A DNA stretch of 63,777 nt, counting the filler, from Saprolegnia diclina VS20 (lineage: Eukaryota): the NCBI RefSeq assembly GCF_000281045.1. It is 5 parts of 2 records of this genome, joined end to end, with 100 filler letters (N's around TTAATTAATTAA, not from the genome) between each part and the next. Parts side by side here need not be neighbours in the genome. Positions count along the whole stretch, not along the records: positions 1 to 14,393 come from NW_008246106.1; 4 more parts are not named here. One strand, given 5' to 3'. How positions within the stretch are numbered: position 1 is the first letter of the stretch; each line of letters starts with the position of its first letter. The translations under genes and the position numbers were made by a program. The notes under the pieces are model-generated. The model searched no databases. It had not been told where the DNA came from and saw only the letters and a list, made by a program, of their open reading frames with translations. Positions 1-11,617 of this stretch are shown here, piece by piece.

Positions 1-589
1 TTCTTTGCCTTCCATACCTCAAACAATTTTCCCCTCATGCCCTTACTCCTCATTTTTAACATAGCAACCCTTTTCCATCGAATTGATTATTCATCAGCTA
101 TATTTCGTTGCTCAGAGGCCCATCTCTTCATTTTTTTTCGTGCTCCAAGGCCACTACTTTTTTAATTAATTTTCCCATCAACGACATGTACGTGATCAAG
201 TCGATCTCTTCTCATTCTTAAAGCCCAAGATGTGAAACATGCGTGTCATGATCCTCTCGTAATAATTGGAGCATCTGTACCTCGGCACAGCTGAGATCAA
301 ATCAAACAGTCAGAACAGGCCGGCCATTTCGGTTGAAATGGCTGAAAAGTGATATTCTGCGCGCCACAACCCAAAGCTGCAGGCGGCGGTATGGCCTATG
401 TCGAACGTGCTTGGTACGCATGCTTTGAAGCTACTGCTCATCTGCGACGATCTCGTGCAAGTGGAAGACTTGGACGACGACCTTGAAGCACTTGAGCATC
501 AGCATGACGGTTGTTTTTTGGCGCGATCAGGGATCTGGTTTTGATTGACTGAAATTATTGTATTTGGGCTGCGTGTTTGGCTATTTGGT

Positions 590-739
590 TAGCTGCAAGG
601 CTCTCCAACAGAGCTGCATCAACCGCTCTGGACACGGGGAAAAAAGCTAAAAAATAGCTTAGCTGGCCGCGGTCGGGCACTTTTCCAGCTATTTAAACGG
701 TTAGCTTTAGCTTTTAGCTGCGCGGTGAAGATGCTCTTA
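590..739. mobile_element. Probable terminus of a PIF/Harbinger (Tourist-like) DNA transposon
   Basis: Ends in ...GCGGTGAAGATGCTC followed by TTA (737-739). The reverse complement TAA-GAGCATCTTC resembles PIF/Harbinger termini with a TTA/TAA target site. Many subterminal (T)AGCT(A) motifs in both orientations. No matching other end was seen in the window. Confidence 0.4.
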
Positions 740-1056
740 CCAAGCTGACTGTCTAACGAATGCGTATCGCCTTGGGACTACAAGAAGGTATTTTGTTTGC
801 GGTTGGTGCGCGCTTGAGAAGAAGTCATTCTGTCTTCAGGAAAAAATGATGTTTTGGCGATGCACTGTAGTCGCTTTCGGCCATGCTATGACGTTGGCAG
901 AATGAAGCTCATGCAACGGTATGAGGGGTCTTTGCTGTGAAACGACTGCCGCACTTCGATGGAGTCCAGAACGCTCATGAGGAACACCTGATGGCCAAGC
1001 TCAGTCGTCGACAGATTGTTAGAATAGATATAGTGTATTATGGCGCCGTTGTGGGC

Positions 1057-4000
1057 TTATGCATCGTCGATTTCGTGGTCGCCCAGGAGCATCATTTGCT
1101 CGTTAAAGTTGCTCACCCACTCGAAGCAGTCGTCGCAGACACGGACCGGGTCCTTGTACCCTTGCGATGGCAGCGGCACGCGGCGCGACGAGTGTTCAAA
1201 GCAGAACGAGAATCCACACTGCCGGCAGTGGTGGCGGCGCACAAATAGCGAAAATTCACAGTTGCACTCCTACGTAGTCCATCTCAGCATCCTTCCATGG
1301 GCAAGACGACGGTACCTTGCAGCGCGAGTCCTTGCTCCACCGTGCCACATTGCCAGAGAAGGACGACGCGACCGAGAAGCTCGAGTCACAGCGGCGGCGG
1401 CTGGAGCTCATGGTGCGGAAGCGTTGTTCGAGGCGCTGCTGGGCTTCGAGCACGTCGGGCTCGTCGTTCTGGAGCATCCCGTGCTCGCGCAGCATGTCTT
1501 CGTACCGGTACTCTTCCTGGTTCTCGTTGAGCGTCGACATGGTCACGAGGTCCGTCGAGAGCGTTCGGCCCTTTGGCAGCGGCGGCCGGCCCACGGGCGA
1601 CTTGTTGCTCATGGGCGACGGCGGCACGGGCTTGACGGACGACGACGCAGACGCCTCGGGGCTCTCGAAAATGCTGCTCGTGACCTGCACGACCGTGTTC
1701 ACCAGATCCGAGAAGCCAAACGACATGTCAAGACGCGTTTTGGCGTCGCTCGGGCGCCGGTGGCGGATGCCTTCGTCAAAGTCGTTGGCAAAGTGATGCG
1801 CACGGACGAGCGACTCGCGCGTCGAGGTCGACGACGTCGAGACCGTCGACGCAGTCGAGTTGGCGCGCGTCTTCCCGATCGGTGGCCGCCGCGGTCGGTG
1901 CAAGCGTGGCCGACCAGGGCTCACGGCCGGCAAGTCGTGCGCCACAACAGTCGAATGGTGCGGCACCAATTCGTCAACGAACGAAATCTCGCTAGCCGAC
2001 CGCACGCGGGCCAGTGTCACCTTCATGACCTCGAGCTCGGCTTGCATCTTGCGGTTGGCTTCTTCCAGCGCGGTTTTTTGCGCGAGCTCCGACTCGACCT
2101 TCTTGAGCTGATCCTGGAGCTTCTTCTTGTCGGCTTGGAGTGCGTGGACATTACGCAATTCGCGCCGCAGCTCGAGGAGCGCTCGCATCGCGACACGGCG
2201 GCGCCATTGGCACTGAAGGCGGATGATGCGCCGACGCGAACGAAGGTAGGCCGCTTGGCACAGCCACCGCCGCACGTGCTTTTGCACGATCGTGGCCATC
2301 TTGGTCTCGCGCATGAACTGGACCACGACCTTTGCCGCCAACTGGCGGTGCTTGGACTGCAGCTTGAGCAGCGCGCGGCGAAAACTCTGGTACTGGCGCA
2401 GCGCAATGTGCATGCGCGCCCACGTCTGAATGCGAAGGCACGCGCGGGCTTCGGTCCGTGCTCGGCGCTCGACGCGTGCCACGTAGCAGCGGTACGCGCA
2501 CTGGGCGACGAGCGCGGCGGCCCGGAGCGCCACATACGCCCGCCGCGCGACGCTGCCGCGGTAGATGCGCTGGGCGTGGACCGCGGCATGGGAAAACACG
2601 CGGCGCTTGAGCGTCTCGAGGTCTTCGAACGCGCGTCGGCGCATAAAGACGCGCGTCTTCCCGAGACTAATGTGCTGGTGGTTGAGCGGCCTACGTGAAC
2701 GTCAGAGACAATGGCGCATTGGCGGCGGCGCACCGGGGCGCGGTCGACGACTGGAGTGCGTCAACCACGAGAATAAACTCGGGCAGCATCGCAAGCTCGT
2801 GCGCCTGCGTGTAGGCCGCGATGTCCGGCACACGAATGCGCGCGACGAGGCTGCCGTAGCTGTGAAGAAACTCCTTGTGGGTGAGGCGGACTGGGAACCC
2901 GGCGCGGGCGACCTTGACGGCTTCGAGGACGCCGCCGCTTCGAAGCTGCTCGACGGTCCGCGGCCGGTGGAGGGCACCGGGGGCGTTGGCGTCGTTGGGC
3001 TTGATGCAGCGCACGTAGTGCGGACACGTGGTCTCGATCGTGCTGAGGAGCTCGGCGAGCTGCGTCTTGAACTGGTCGGCGACGTTGACTGCGCCGATCG
3101 CCGAGTTGACGTTCGCACGCCGCTTGGACGGGGCCTAGACAAAACAACGCAGTTCATAACTGGCTTGGGATACAAAATGGTAGCGTACAGCGGCAGCGGT
3201 AGCGGCCTGGGCACTGTAGATCTCTTGAAGGACGCCGTTCTCGGCCGACCCGAGAAGGTCCACGAGCGACTCGAGAAGCGCATCTTTGTTCTTGTCGAGG
3301 AAGCCGTCGACCGAGTAGACCACCGGGCCAGCGTAGTGGAGGACGGTGAATTGGCCGTCACGGAGGTGGGCAGGGCTGGCAGCAAACATAGCGTTCTTGT
3401 CGTTGAACTCTTTGTAGTACTTGGTCGCGAGCGCGCGGTCGCTGCCTTTCGGGACCTACATGTCCTGTATGAGTATCAACTTTGTATCAAGTGGCGAGAT
3501 ATACGACGTACGCGGCACTCTTGGTCGAGGAGCGAGAAGAGACCGATGGGCTTCTTCTCAAAAAGCTCGATGCACGGCACGTTGTCCGGAAATGCAATGA
3601 ACTCCCACGCAATGTGCTCGGCGTCGTACAGCTTTTGCTCCGTCTTGAACACATACGTGTTGAACTGTTGCTGGAGCGACTCGTTGGCGTAGTTGATACA
3701 GAGCTGCTCAAACGAGTTGATGGCCATGATCTCAAACCCGAAAATGTCGAGGAGGCCAATGAGGTGCGTCGCCGACGTCGCGCCAGCGATCGATTGGTTG
3801 ACGCGCGCAACGAGCCACGCAAAGAGGCTCTTGTACGCTTCCATGGCGAGTGCGTTCCGCGCCGTCTTGGCCTGGCCCGCGCTCATGCCCATGACAAACA
3901 CCTCGCCGTTCGTGCGGATCGAGCGCTTCGTCAGCGCCTTCTGGATGTCCATGGGCGGTACGTGCAGCAGCTTGGCCGCCGTGTAGAGGTGCCCGAGCGA

Positions 4001-5182
4001 CGCCTCGGTGACGAACGCTGTCCGCATCGCCGGGTCCGAGTCGTCGGTCGTATGGAACGCCACGTTGCCGAGGTGCAGGATCGCAACGACGACGGCAAAG
4101 ATGTCTTCCATCTGCCGGCCGGGAATGCCAATGTCGCGCATCGCCTGGAGCGTGATTGGAAACTGATCGATGTCGAGGACGCCGTCGCGCCGCTCCATGC
4201 AGCCGCTTTGGTTGAGGAAGTCGAATGCACTCAGTGGTACGAGGTTCCAGTCGTGGAATTTGCGCCGGAGGTCGAGGCCGTCGATCGAAGGCAGCGAGAT
4301 CTTCTTGCGCTGCTTCTTGGGCGGCAGTTGGAGCTCGTGCATGGTCGCGATGAGCTCGTAAAAGATGTGAAAGTTGCGCTCGGTGGGCGACTGCGTCACG
4401 ACGCGGACCTTCTCGAGAAGGTACGTGCGGATGTTGGCGCCGACAATGACGCAGTGCGACGACGACGACGGCGTGAACTGCACCTCGATGAATTTACCAA
4501 ACCGACTGCTGTTGTCGTTCCGGACCGTGCGTGCATTCCCAAACGCTTCCAGGACGGGGTTCGACTGCAGCACTTGCGACTCGATGGACGGCCGACCATC
4601 GTCATTGGCGCTGTCGTTGCCGGCCGACATGCGCGCGAGGTAGTTCATAATGATCTTGGTCGCTTCCGTCTTGCCAGCGCCCGACTCGCCGCTGATGAGG
4701 ATCGCTTGGTTGCGTCCGTGGCGCGTCATGTCGAGGTACGCGCGCTTCCCGATCGTGTACAGATGCGGCGGGAGGCCCTCGTCAAGACCAAAGTCGCCCA
4801 TGTGCGACGTCGCGCTATACCGCGCCATGATGTCGTCGCCGTACAAGGCGAGGCTCTTGAACGGGTTGATCGAGAGCAAAATGTCGCCAATCTTGGTGTA
4901 AATGTCGTCGCGATCGTACCGGCTCGAGAGCGCCTGGAGGATCGAGGCCTCGTGCAGATGCGGGAGCGTGATGAGATCGGCGTTCTGCTCTTCGTCCTCG
5001 GCGCGGTTGCGCAGAAGCACGTTCGTGCTCACGCCGTCCTTGTCGGTCACGAGCACGACGGTCTCGGTCGCGCCCGTCGCGTCGCGCACGAGCGTGAGGC
5101 CGGCGCCGTCCTGGCCGACCACGGTGGCCGCAGCCCAGATGGCCTCGTCGTCGGCGACCCATACATGCGCGCCCACTTCCAT
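1057..5182 (-). CDS. Myosin heavy chain with IQ motifs, coiled coil and C-terminal FYVE finger (multi-exon)
   Basis: P-loop GESGAGKT, LEAFGNARTVRNDNSSRFGK, LLDIFGFE, NSFEQLCINYANE, HYVRCIKPN and LGKTRVF; several IQ-like repeats. After splicing a 46-nt intron (1270-1315) the tail reads WSKDSRCKECNCEFSLFVRRHHCRQCG...RVCDDC, a canonical FYVE domain. Confidence 0.95.
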
Positions 5183-6204
5183 CGTCGTCGAAGCGCGGCT
5201 TGGCCTTTCTGTGCGTCAAGAGGTTTTTTGCCGTGTGCCAGCGCTGGGGGCACCTTGACTGCCAGGACGGGAGACATGTCTTAGTGCTTTTCTGAGTGGC
5301 CATTGAAGGGTCCCTTGCCCGATTCCTATTGGCGCCCGCAGGCATTTTTAGCTGGTCGTCGCGCATGTGATTGGCGGGTTGATTTTAAACTACGTGTTTG
5401 TATGTGAAGATGGCAGCAGGTCCATCGCGCGTCGTTGGCCTCCAGCGTCGCCTCGCTCGTGACAGTGGGTCTATATTGGGAGGTTTTTGCACTCGACCAC
5501 GTTGCCAAGGGCTCTCGACTCTACAACCTTATTGCTACGGATCGTAGTACTTCACAGGACTTATCGGCGTCGCACGCTGCCCAACATTATTCGGCGAGAA
5601 ACGCAGTCCACCTCGCGTGCGTCCAGAACCGAAGGAGATGCTCTCGCAACATGCCCCAAGATGGCAGAAATGGGTGGGCCGCTTTCGCACAAATTCAGCT
5701 GCAAGGCATGGGGGCCGCGGCTGCGTATCAAAGTTGTGCGTCGCGCTGGCCACGTGGAGCTGCGAAGTGGACAATGAGCAATTGCATCGTTGTTGATGGC
5801 GCAATTTTGCTGACAGAATTATGGGCAGGAGGGGCTAGTGAGCGAGAGCTACTCGGTGACCACATTGTTTCACTGGACAGCGGACGGAATTTGGTGATGG
5901 GACTCGAGTCAACGAAGCTTCTCTTGCGCAAAAATACGAGACCATTGGCGACTGCTTCGAGAGCTCATTCCTCATGGGTCTGATTCACGACCGTCGCAGG
6001 ATTGCCCCGTCGCTCTGGAGTGCTTCTAGATCGCCTTGAGTTTGCCCCGGGGCACGACGGTCCGACCTGGTCGCGCGATCCGATTTTATTTATTTTTATA
6101 ATAAAAACAGCGGTTGTAGCCAGATGGAAGTAATAAAATGCAAGATTTCCTCTTGGTGTTTGTATGCTCGTCGCCAATGCGCGATAAAAATGCAACCCTC
6201 AAGA

Positions 6205-6345
6205 GGCCGATGATTGGCTGCCGTTTAAAATTATAGCCAATCCGCGGCCTGCCCCAGCCCTACGTCGCCCCGTCGCCACTTGACTTGGTGTTTGTATGTC
6301 GAGCGGTTGGCCGCGACGCAGCCGTTCTCATTTCGCAAGTCGCCG
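6205..6345 (+). promoter_or_regulatory. Core promoter: two CCAAT boxes and an oomycete Inr-like element
   Basis: TGATTGGCTG (6211), AGCCAATC (about 6235) and CTCATTTCGCAAGT (about 6327; YCATTYY initiator-like), about 110 nt upstream of the ATG at 6437. Confidence 0.5.
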
Positions 6346-6436
6346 GCTTCCGACTCCGCTTCTCCGCAAACGACTAGGTCTTCCGAGCCCTAAGGCCGAG
6401 AAGTAGAGCATACACAGCAGCTACAGCAGCATCATC

Positions 6437-8959
6437 ATGGCCCTGGAGACTAAGGCGTCGCTGGCGACGCTCGCGCAGGCGCAGTACCAAGGGTTCACGC
6501 AGTTGCTGCAGACGTTCGATGGGCGCGTCCACGAACACGAGACGCTCTTGGGCGTAAGCCCCATGACTGGCAAGGTAAGCCACGCTTTTTCCGAGTGCAT
6601 ATATACACGGCGCGAAGTTGGCGTCTGGCATCGATACAGTGGACATGGGGTCAAACACGTATCGTTGGTCATGATGAGGCGACCGCTACTGCACATGGCG
6701 CAACCGAGCACGGAAGCGCATGGGGCGACCCGAGCTCGGAAGTGCATGGCGCACGCATCTACACGCATATTCCTTGACATTGCCTATGCACCTGTGGCCG
6801 GATGATTCATATATGTTTCGTGTCAGGCCTGTGGGAAGCGCAAGCGCACGGAGAATGGCAAGCCCATGTACACGACCGCGCGCCCGGTCAACAGCCAAGA
6901 AACCACGCTCCTCGCCATCTGCGACAAGGACTGCATCCTTCTCGAGGGGCCAAACTGCATTCCCGACTTTATGGCTCTGTTTGCCAGCGCCAAGACGGTA
7001 CGACCACCAACGCGTCTGCACTGCTCATACGCCTATGTGCGTAGGAACCCGACCAGGCCAAGCTCTTGCACGTACTCGAGGCGACGGCCAAGAAGGGCAC
7101 GCCGCACGCGGCCGCCGTGGTTGCTGCTTTTGAGAGCACGGGCGGCATGAAGACGGCCAAGGCATGGCTCGAAGCCGCCGTGGCCTTCAACCAGACGACC
7201 TTCCTGCACCTCGTCTTGACGGTGCTGAAAGCGCTGCCCGTGACGCTCGCGAGCATCACGGAAGCGCGCATCAACGAGCCGATCGTCGCGCTGCGCAAGT
7301 CGCCGCCGAACGACGTGGTGAAGCGGTCGGCCCAAGACCTCCTCAAGTCGTGGCGCACCAAGTTTACAGAGAAGCCGGCGCCTCCTGCCAAGGGCAACTC
7401 GAGTCCGCCATCGAAGCAGTCGTCCCCGACATCGGCAGCCGCAACGCCCGTGGCCGCAGCGCCGGCCGTCTCGGCCCGCGTGCCCACGAAGAGCAACACG
7501 CTGCTGACCAACCTCCTCATGAAGCCCAAGGAAACCAAGATTACCAAGGCCAAGGACACAACGCTGACCAAGATGCTCCAGCAAAAGCAGCTCAAAGACA
7601 AAGAAGGTACTGTTCGCACAACACGCTTTGTAGCATGCCGCTCATCCTTGCTCTAGGTGTCTCGGCGGCCGCATCGTCGCCGATCGGGAAGGGCCTCGCC
7701 CTGCCCGCGATTGTAAGCTTTGGCGACGTCAAGACGACCGACGCACCGGCCGTCACGAGCAAGAAGCGCATCCGTTGGGCCGACAACCACGGCAAGGACC
7801 TCACACAGGTCAAGCTCATCGAGTCATGGCGCGACATCGTGTACCACACGGAAGCCGACGACGAGCTCGCACCGCCGCCGGCCGCCGCGCCGCACCACGA
7901 CGTACGTTCGACCTCTCTTGGCCTTCCTGTGCTCATGCAACGATATAGAGTTTCAAGGACGCCAAGCTCCGCGAGCACGCCAACGAAAAGCACGCCTTTC
8001 AGCAGTACGCGACCGAATCTATCGAGCCAAATGTGCTCATCTATCGGCCTAGTAAACACACAGAGCGTCTGGCGCCCATCAAGCCGACGATGGAGTGGCG
8101 TACGCCGCTGGTTATCCAGCTGCCGCACGACGTTGCGGGCCGCGTGGCCGACCACACAACGAACGAAACGACGGCCCAAGCGGCGCGGACGCGCAAGGAC
8201 GTCGAGTGGATCTTGCTGGGCAACGAAGTGCCGCCGTCGACGCCGCACGAGTGGACGCGGTCGTCGGCCGATGTGTTTTTGGGGCCGGCCGCGCGCATTG
8301 CGCTCGCAGATGGCTCGCCCGAAGACCACCGCCACGATGTATATGCGCCGGTGATGGCGGCCGACACGGCGACCGTGGCCAGTGTCTTGTCGACGCTGGA
8401 GAAGACGACCGTGGCGCTCCTCTTGGACAACGAGCACGTGCTGGCCCAAGTGTACGACGAGGTGTTGCGCACGCGCCGCCGCATCTCGGACGCGCGCATC
8501 TGTGAGATTGTCGAGGCCAGTCGGTCGACGCAAGGCTACCATCACCATAACAGCTATAGCACAGAAAGTTCGAGTAGAAATCCGTCGACGTACGTCGAAT
8601 TCGGCGCCAAGAAGCGCGGGTATGACGGCGGGTACAGCGAGCCCGCGGGGTATGCGGCCAAGCGCCACCAGCCCGCGGCGCCCATGTACAGCCCGCCGCC
8701 GTCGTCGTATGCGTCCGAAACCGACGCTGCCTTTGGCCGTTCCGCACCGACAACGGACCGACCGCGGTACCGCAAGGTGCCGTGCAAGCATTACCGCACG
8801 CCGCGTGGCTGCAAGAAGGGCGACGGGTGCCCGTTCGTGCACGAGGGCGCGCCCAGCCACATGCAAACGGGCGGGCGCCCGTCGGCCTTTGACAATGCGT
8901 ACGGTCGGGGCGGCTACGGCAACCAAGCTCGACCAACCAACGGCGGCCGCGGCTACTAG
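6437..8959 (+). CDS. PNUTS/PPP1R10-like PP1 regulatory subunit (TFIIS N-terminal domain, RVxW motif, CCCH finger), multi-exon
   Basis: Exon 1 (6437-6574) splices in phase to 6828. TFIIS-N/LW-like segment LKALPVTLASITEARINEPIVALRK...AQDLLKSW; PP1-docking KKRIRWADNHGKDLTQVK; C-terminal CKHYRTPRGCKKGDGCPFVH zinc finger and Gly/Arg-rich tail. Confidence 0.8.
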
Positions 8960-9129
8960 GTTAGGACGACTAACGTAATTTAGCAACCACACGGGGAAAG
9001 ATATCGCTTTTTACACATAAACTAACATGAATGACGGAATGACTACGCCTTACATTTGGCTTTTGGTGGTGGCGACTAGAGTGCCCAACCAGAAGCGTCT
9101 CTCACAACTTGTTGCTCGGCCCTTCTTAT

Positions 9130-9720
9130 GCAGGCATGCAGCGCGGCTTCAGCTTTGACATTGCAGTTTCGATGGTGCTTTAAGTGCGTAAACGCATAGC
9201 AATGTTCGATACGTTTACGAGCAGCTGCGATTTTCCTGTGAACGCACGCGTGTGAGCGGCTCGCCGACGCAAGTGCCAACGACGACGTCGGGCAGCTCGC
9301 TGGATGCAAGGTGGAGGCGGACTATCTTCGCTTACGAGTTCCCAGAGGGCGTCGCGACCGAGTGAGGCGTGGTGATATGATGTTGAATGACAGGACACAC
9401 ATCGAAAGGTGCAGTACTCAGATTAACGTCATAGAGGCTTCCTGGGCTGGCCATGCCCCTTGCATCGAATGTGCTTCGTTCTCCCGTAGAGGCTGTAGAA
9501 GCAGCTTGCCGACGCATCCGACCATAGAGCTCACGACGCACGCGGACTGGACGAACGACGACGAATCAAGCAGCTTGTCGCGACGAGTTTCTTTTGTAGC
9601 TGGGTTGAGTTGCAGCCGCAACTTGTCTGGAGCAACTGAGAGGAAGCCACGTCATGGATATCGATGCCGACCAGAGTAACGTCTGGCAGACCACCCAAAA
9701 GCTCTGGTCGGCAGCACGAC
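9130..9720 (-). pseudogene. Degenerate PIF/Harbinger-type (DDE_Tnp_4) transposase remnant
   Basis: Motifs in the expected order across frames, with stops and frameshifts: RRYSGRHRYP*..SVAPD, ETRRDKLLDSS, ELYG, and RAF/RKIAAARKRIEHCY (compare FNxxxSxxRxxVEH). Confidence 0.55.
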
Positions 9721-10759
9721 CCGTATGGCAAGCCACGCGTTGTTGGACGTGGCGAAAGGCCGATCGAAGCGATATGATTCGCTGTCAGTTGCTTCTTGAT
9801 ATATTCGACAAGATGCTGCAGATGCGAAGTGCAGATTACGCTCTTGCATGCAGACAGTTGCCAACCATCAGTTGAGATTCGTTGCGTCGAGTGGCGTCGG
9901 TTTTGGACTCGACGAGAAGCTCCGGGCATCGAAGGCCAACGAAGCGAGGTGCCACCTAGAGGTCTAGTGTACTTCAAGCACCAAACTGATATACACGTGT
10001 GCAACAAGAGCACATGACAAGGACAAGCGGTCAGCCTTTGCTCGCTGACCACTCCAAAATGCAAACCAAGAGTGTTTGCTGGTACTGACCCCATCCTTCT
10101 GCTTTTGACGAGTTCCACGTCTCGACGCCTCCGCTCAAAGGCGGTCGAAGACTCTCTCGTATGCACTTGCATCGTCACCGACAAGTTGCGTGTCGGAGTG
10201 TCGGAGATTCATGTACACTGTCCCAAGGAGCGACTTGGTGCAGCCCTTGGCACCAACATCAAGAACGCGTTCACCAGCCGTTTTAGCTTCAAGAACCCGT
10301 GTATCTAACCTAAAATAATTATATAATTTGACGTCCGTTCGCAAATCTGTGTCCAGCCTTTGCGCAAAGCACATGTTCATGCATCTGCATTATCCCCAGC
10401 CGGCTCTAAATTTTGCAGTCCCCAGCTGGCTCTTGGTGTGTTTGGGCCATGAAGCTGCGACGCCGAGAGCCATTGCCGCGACAGAAATGGCTTGTCGTCC
10501 TCGCATAGCGTCACTGCACCGGTGCTTGTGCTCGGCCACGCTGTTCCCGTCGCTGCTTTACACAATCATCGCAAGTTCAAGGCGGGGTTCAAATTTGTGT
10601 CAATGACTACGTGCAGCGACTGTTCGTAGCTCGGCCTTGATAAAAGCTCCAATAAGTGGGAATACAAAGCTGATGGTTGTCATAGATTACAATGGATTGT
10701 GTTTATAATACACTACAGTACAATGCTCTTGGGGTCGCAATAAATAGCCCGGCGACACC

Positions 10760-11617
10760 TTACTTGGTCTCGGGCGAGGGGCTCGGCGGCTGGTTGCGGA
10801 ACTCGCGCACGTGCGGCGTGCACATGTTGAGCGTCTTGCCAAGGCGCTTGCAACCGGTCACAGTGCACATCTTGTCCTTGCGGTGGATCTCGCAGAGGCC
10901 GCCGCCGCGGTCCGTGCGCACGCAGTCGTCGACCGTGCATGTCCGGCAGCCGCCGTGCTTGGCGCACTTGTTGCCGCGCTGGGCGCCTTTCGTGCAGCCA
11001 GGCTCGAGGCAGCGCTTGCCGCCACCGTGCGAGCGGCAGAAACCGCCGCCCTGCGAGCTCTTTTCGCAGCCGTTGAACTTGCAGCGCGCGCCGCCGCCGT
11101 GCGCCTTGCAGAGACCTTGGGACTGCGCGGCGTTGGAGCAGCCGTCGATCTTGCAGCACTTGCCACCGCCGTGGCCGATGCAGTAGTTGCCGTTCTGGGC
11201 TTCCTTGACGCAGCCGTGCATGCAGCACTGCTTGCCGCCGCCGTGGCGCTTGCAAAAGCCCTTGGAGCGCACGTTGCGGTGGCAGCCTTCGGTCGCGCAC
11301 GTCTTGCGTCGTGCGGGCTGCGGGAGGTCAATCTCAAAGTCGAACGAGTCGCGGTCCGTGCAGTTGCTAAAGTCGCTTGACGACGCGCTGCTCGAGCGGA
11401 AGAGCGGGAGCGGATCGGCGTACGACGAGTGCGCGAGGTGAAGCGGCGCGAGCGGATGGTCCAATGGCAACACCATCATCGAGTGGTGGTCCATCGAGAA
11501 GGCGCTGGGAAAGTGGTCGTGGTCGAAGAGCGAGATGAGTTCGTGCTCGTTGAAGAGCGGCGCGGGGTGGAAACCGCCAAACGGGATCGGGTCCAAGTAG
11601 CTCGGGATCGGGAACAT
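10760..11617 (-). CDS. Cys/His zinc-ribbon repeat protein (CxxxGC...GxCxxHGGG; 'WRKY19-like' family expanded in oomycetes), copy A
   Basis: Intronless ORF from MFPIPSYLDPIP with seven CxxxGC-x7-GxCxxH(GGG) units; TATA-like CTATATAAG about 150 nt upstream. No WRKY motif itself. Confidence 0.88.
   Translation of the reverse strand: MFPIPSYLDPIPFGGFHPAPLFNEHELISLFDHDHFPSAFSMDHHSMMVLPLDHPLAPLHLAHSSYADPLPLFRSSSASSSDFSNCTDRDSFDFEIDLPQPARRKTCATEGCHRNVRSKGFCKRHGGGKQCCMHGCVKEAQNGNYCIGHGGGKCCKIDGCSNAAQSQGLCKAHGGGARCKFNGCEKSSQGGGFCRSHGGGKRCLEPGCTKGAQRGNKCAKHGGCRTCTVDDCVRTDRGGGLCEIHRKDKMCTVTGCKRLGKTLNMCTPHVREFRNQPPSPSPETK

Noticed and set aside
1040..5284. Long plus-strand ORFs (552, 375 and 600 aa) opposite the myosin, and similar antisense ORFs opposite the GAF, PNUTS-like and DIS3 genes
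   Set aside because: Shadow ORFs expected from high GC at third codon positions; no recognisable motifs.
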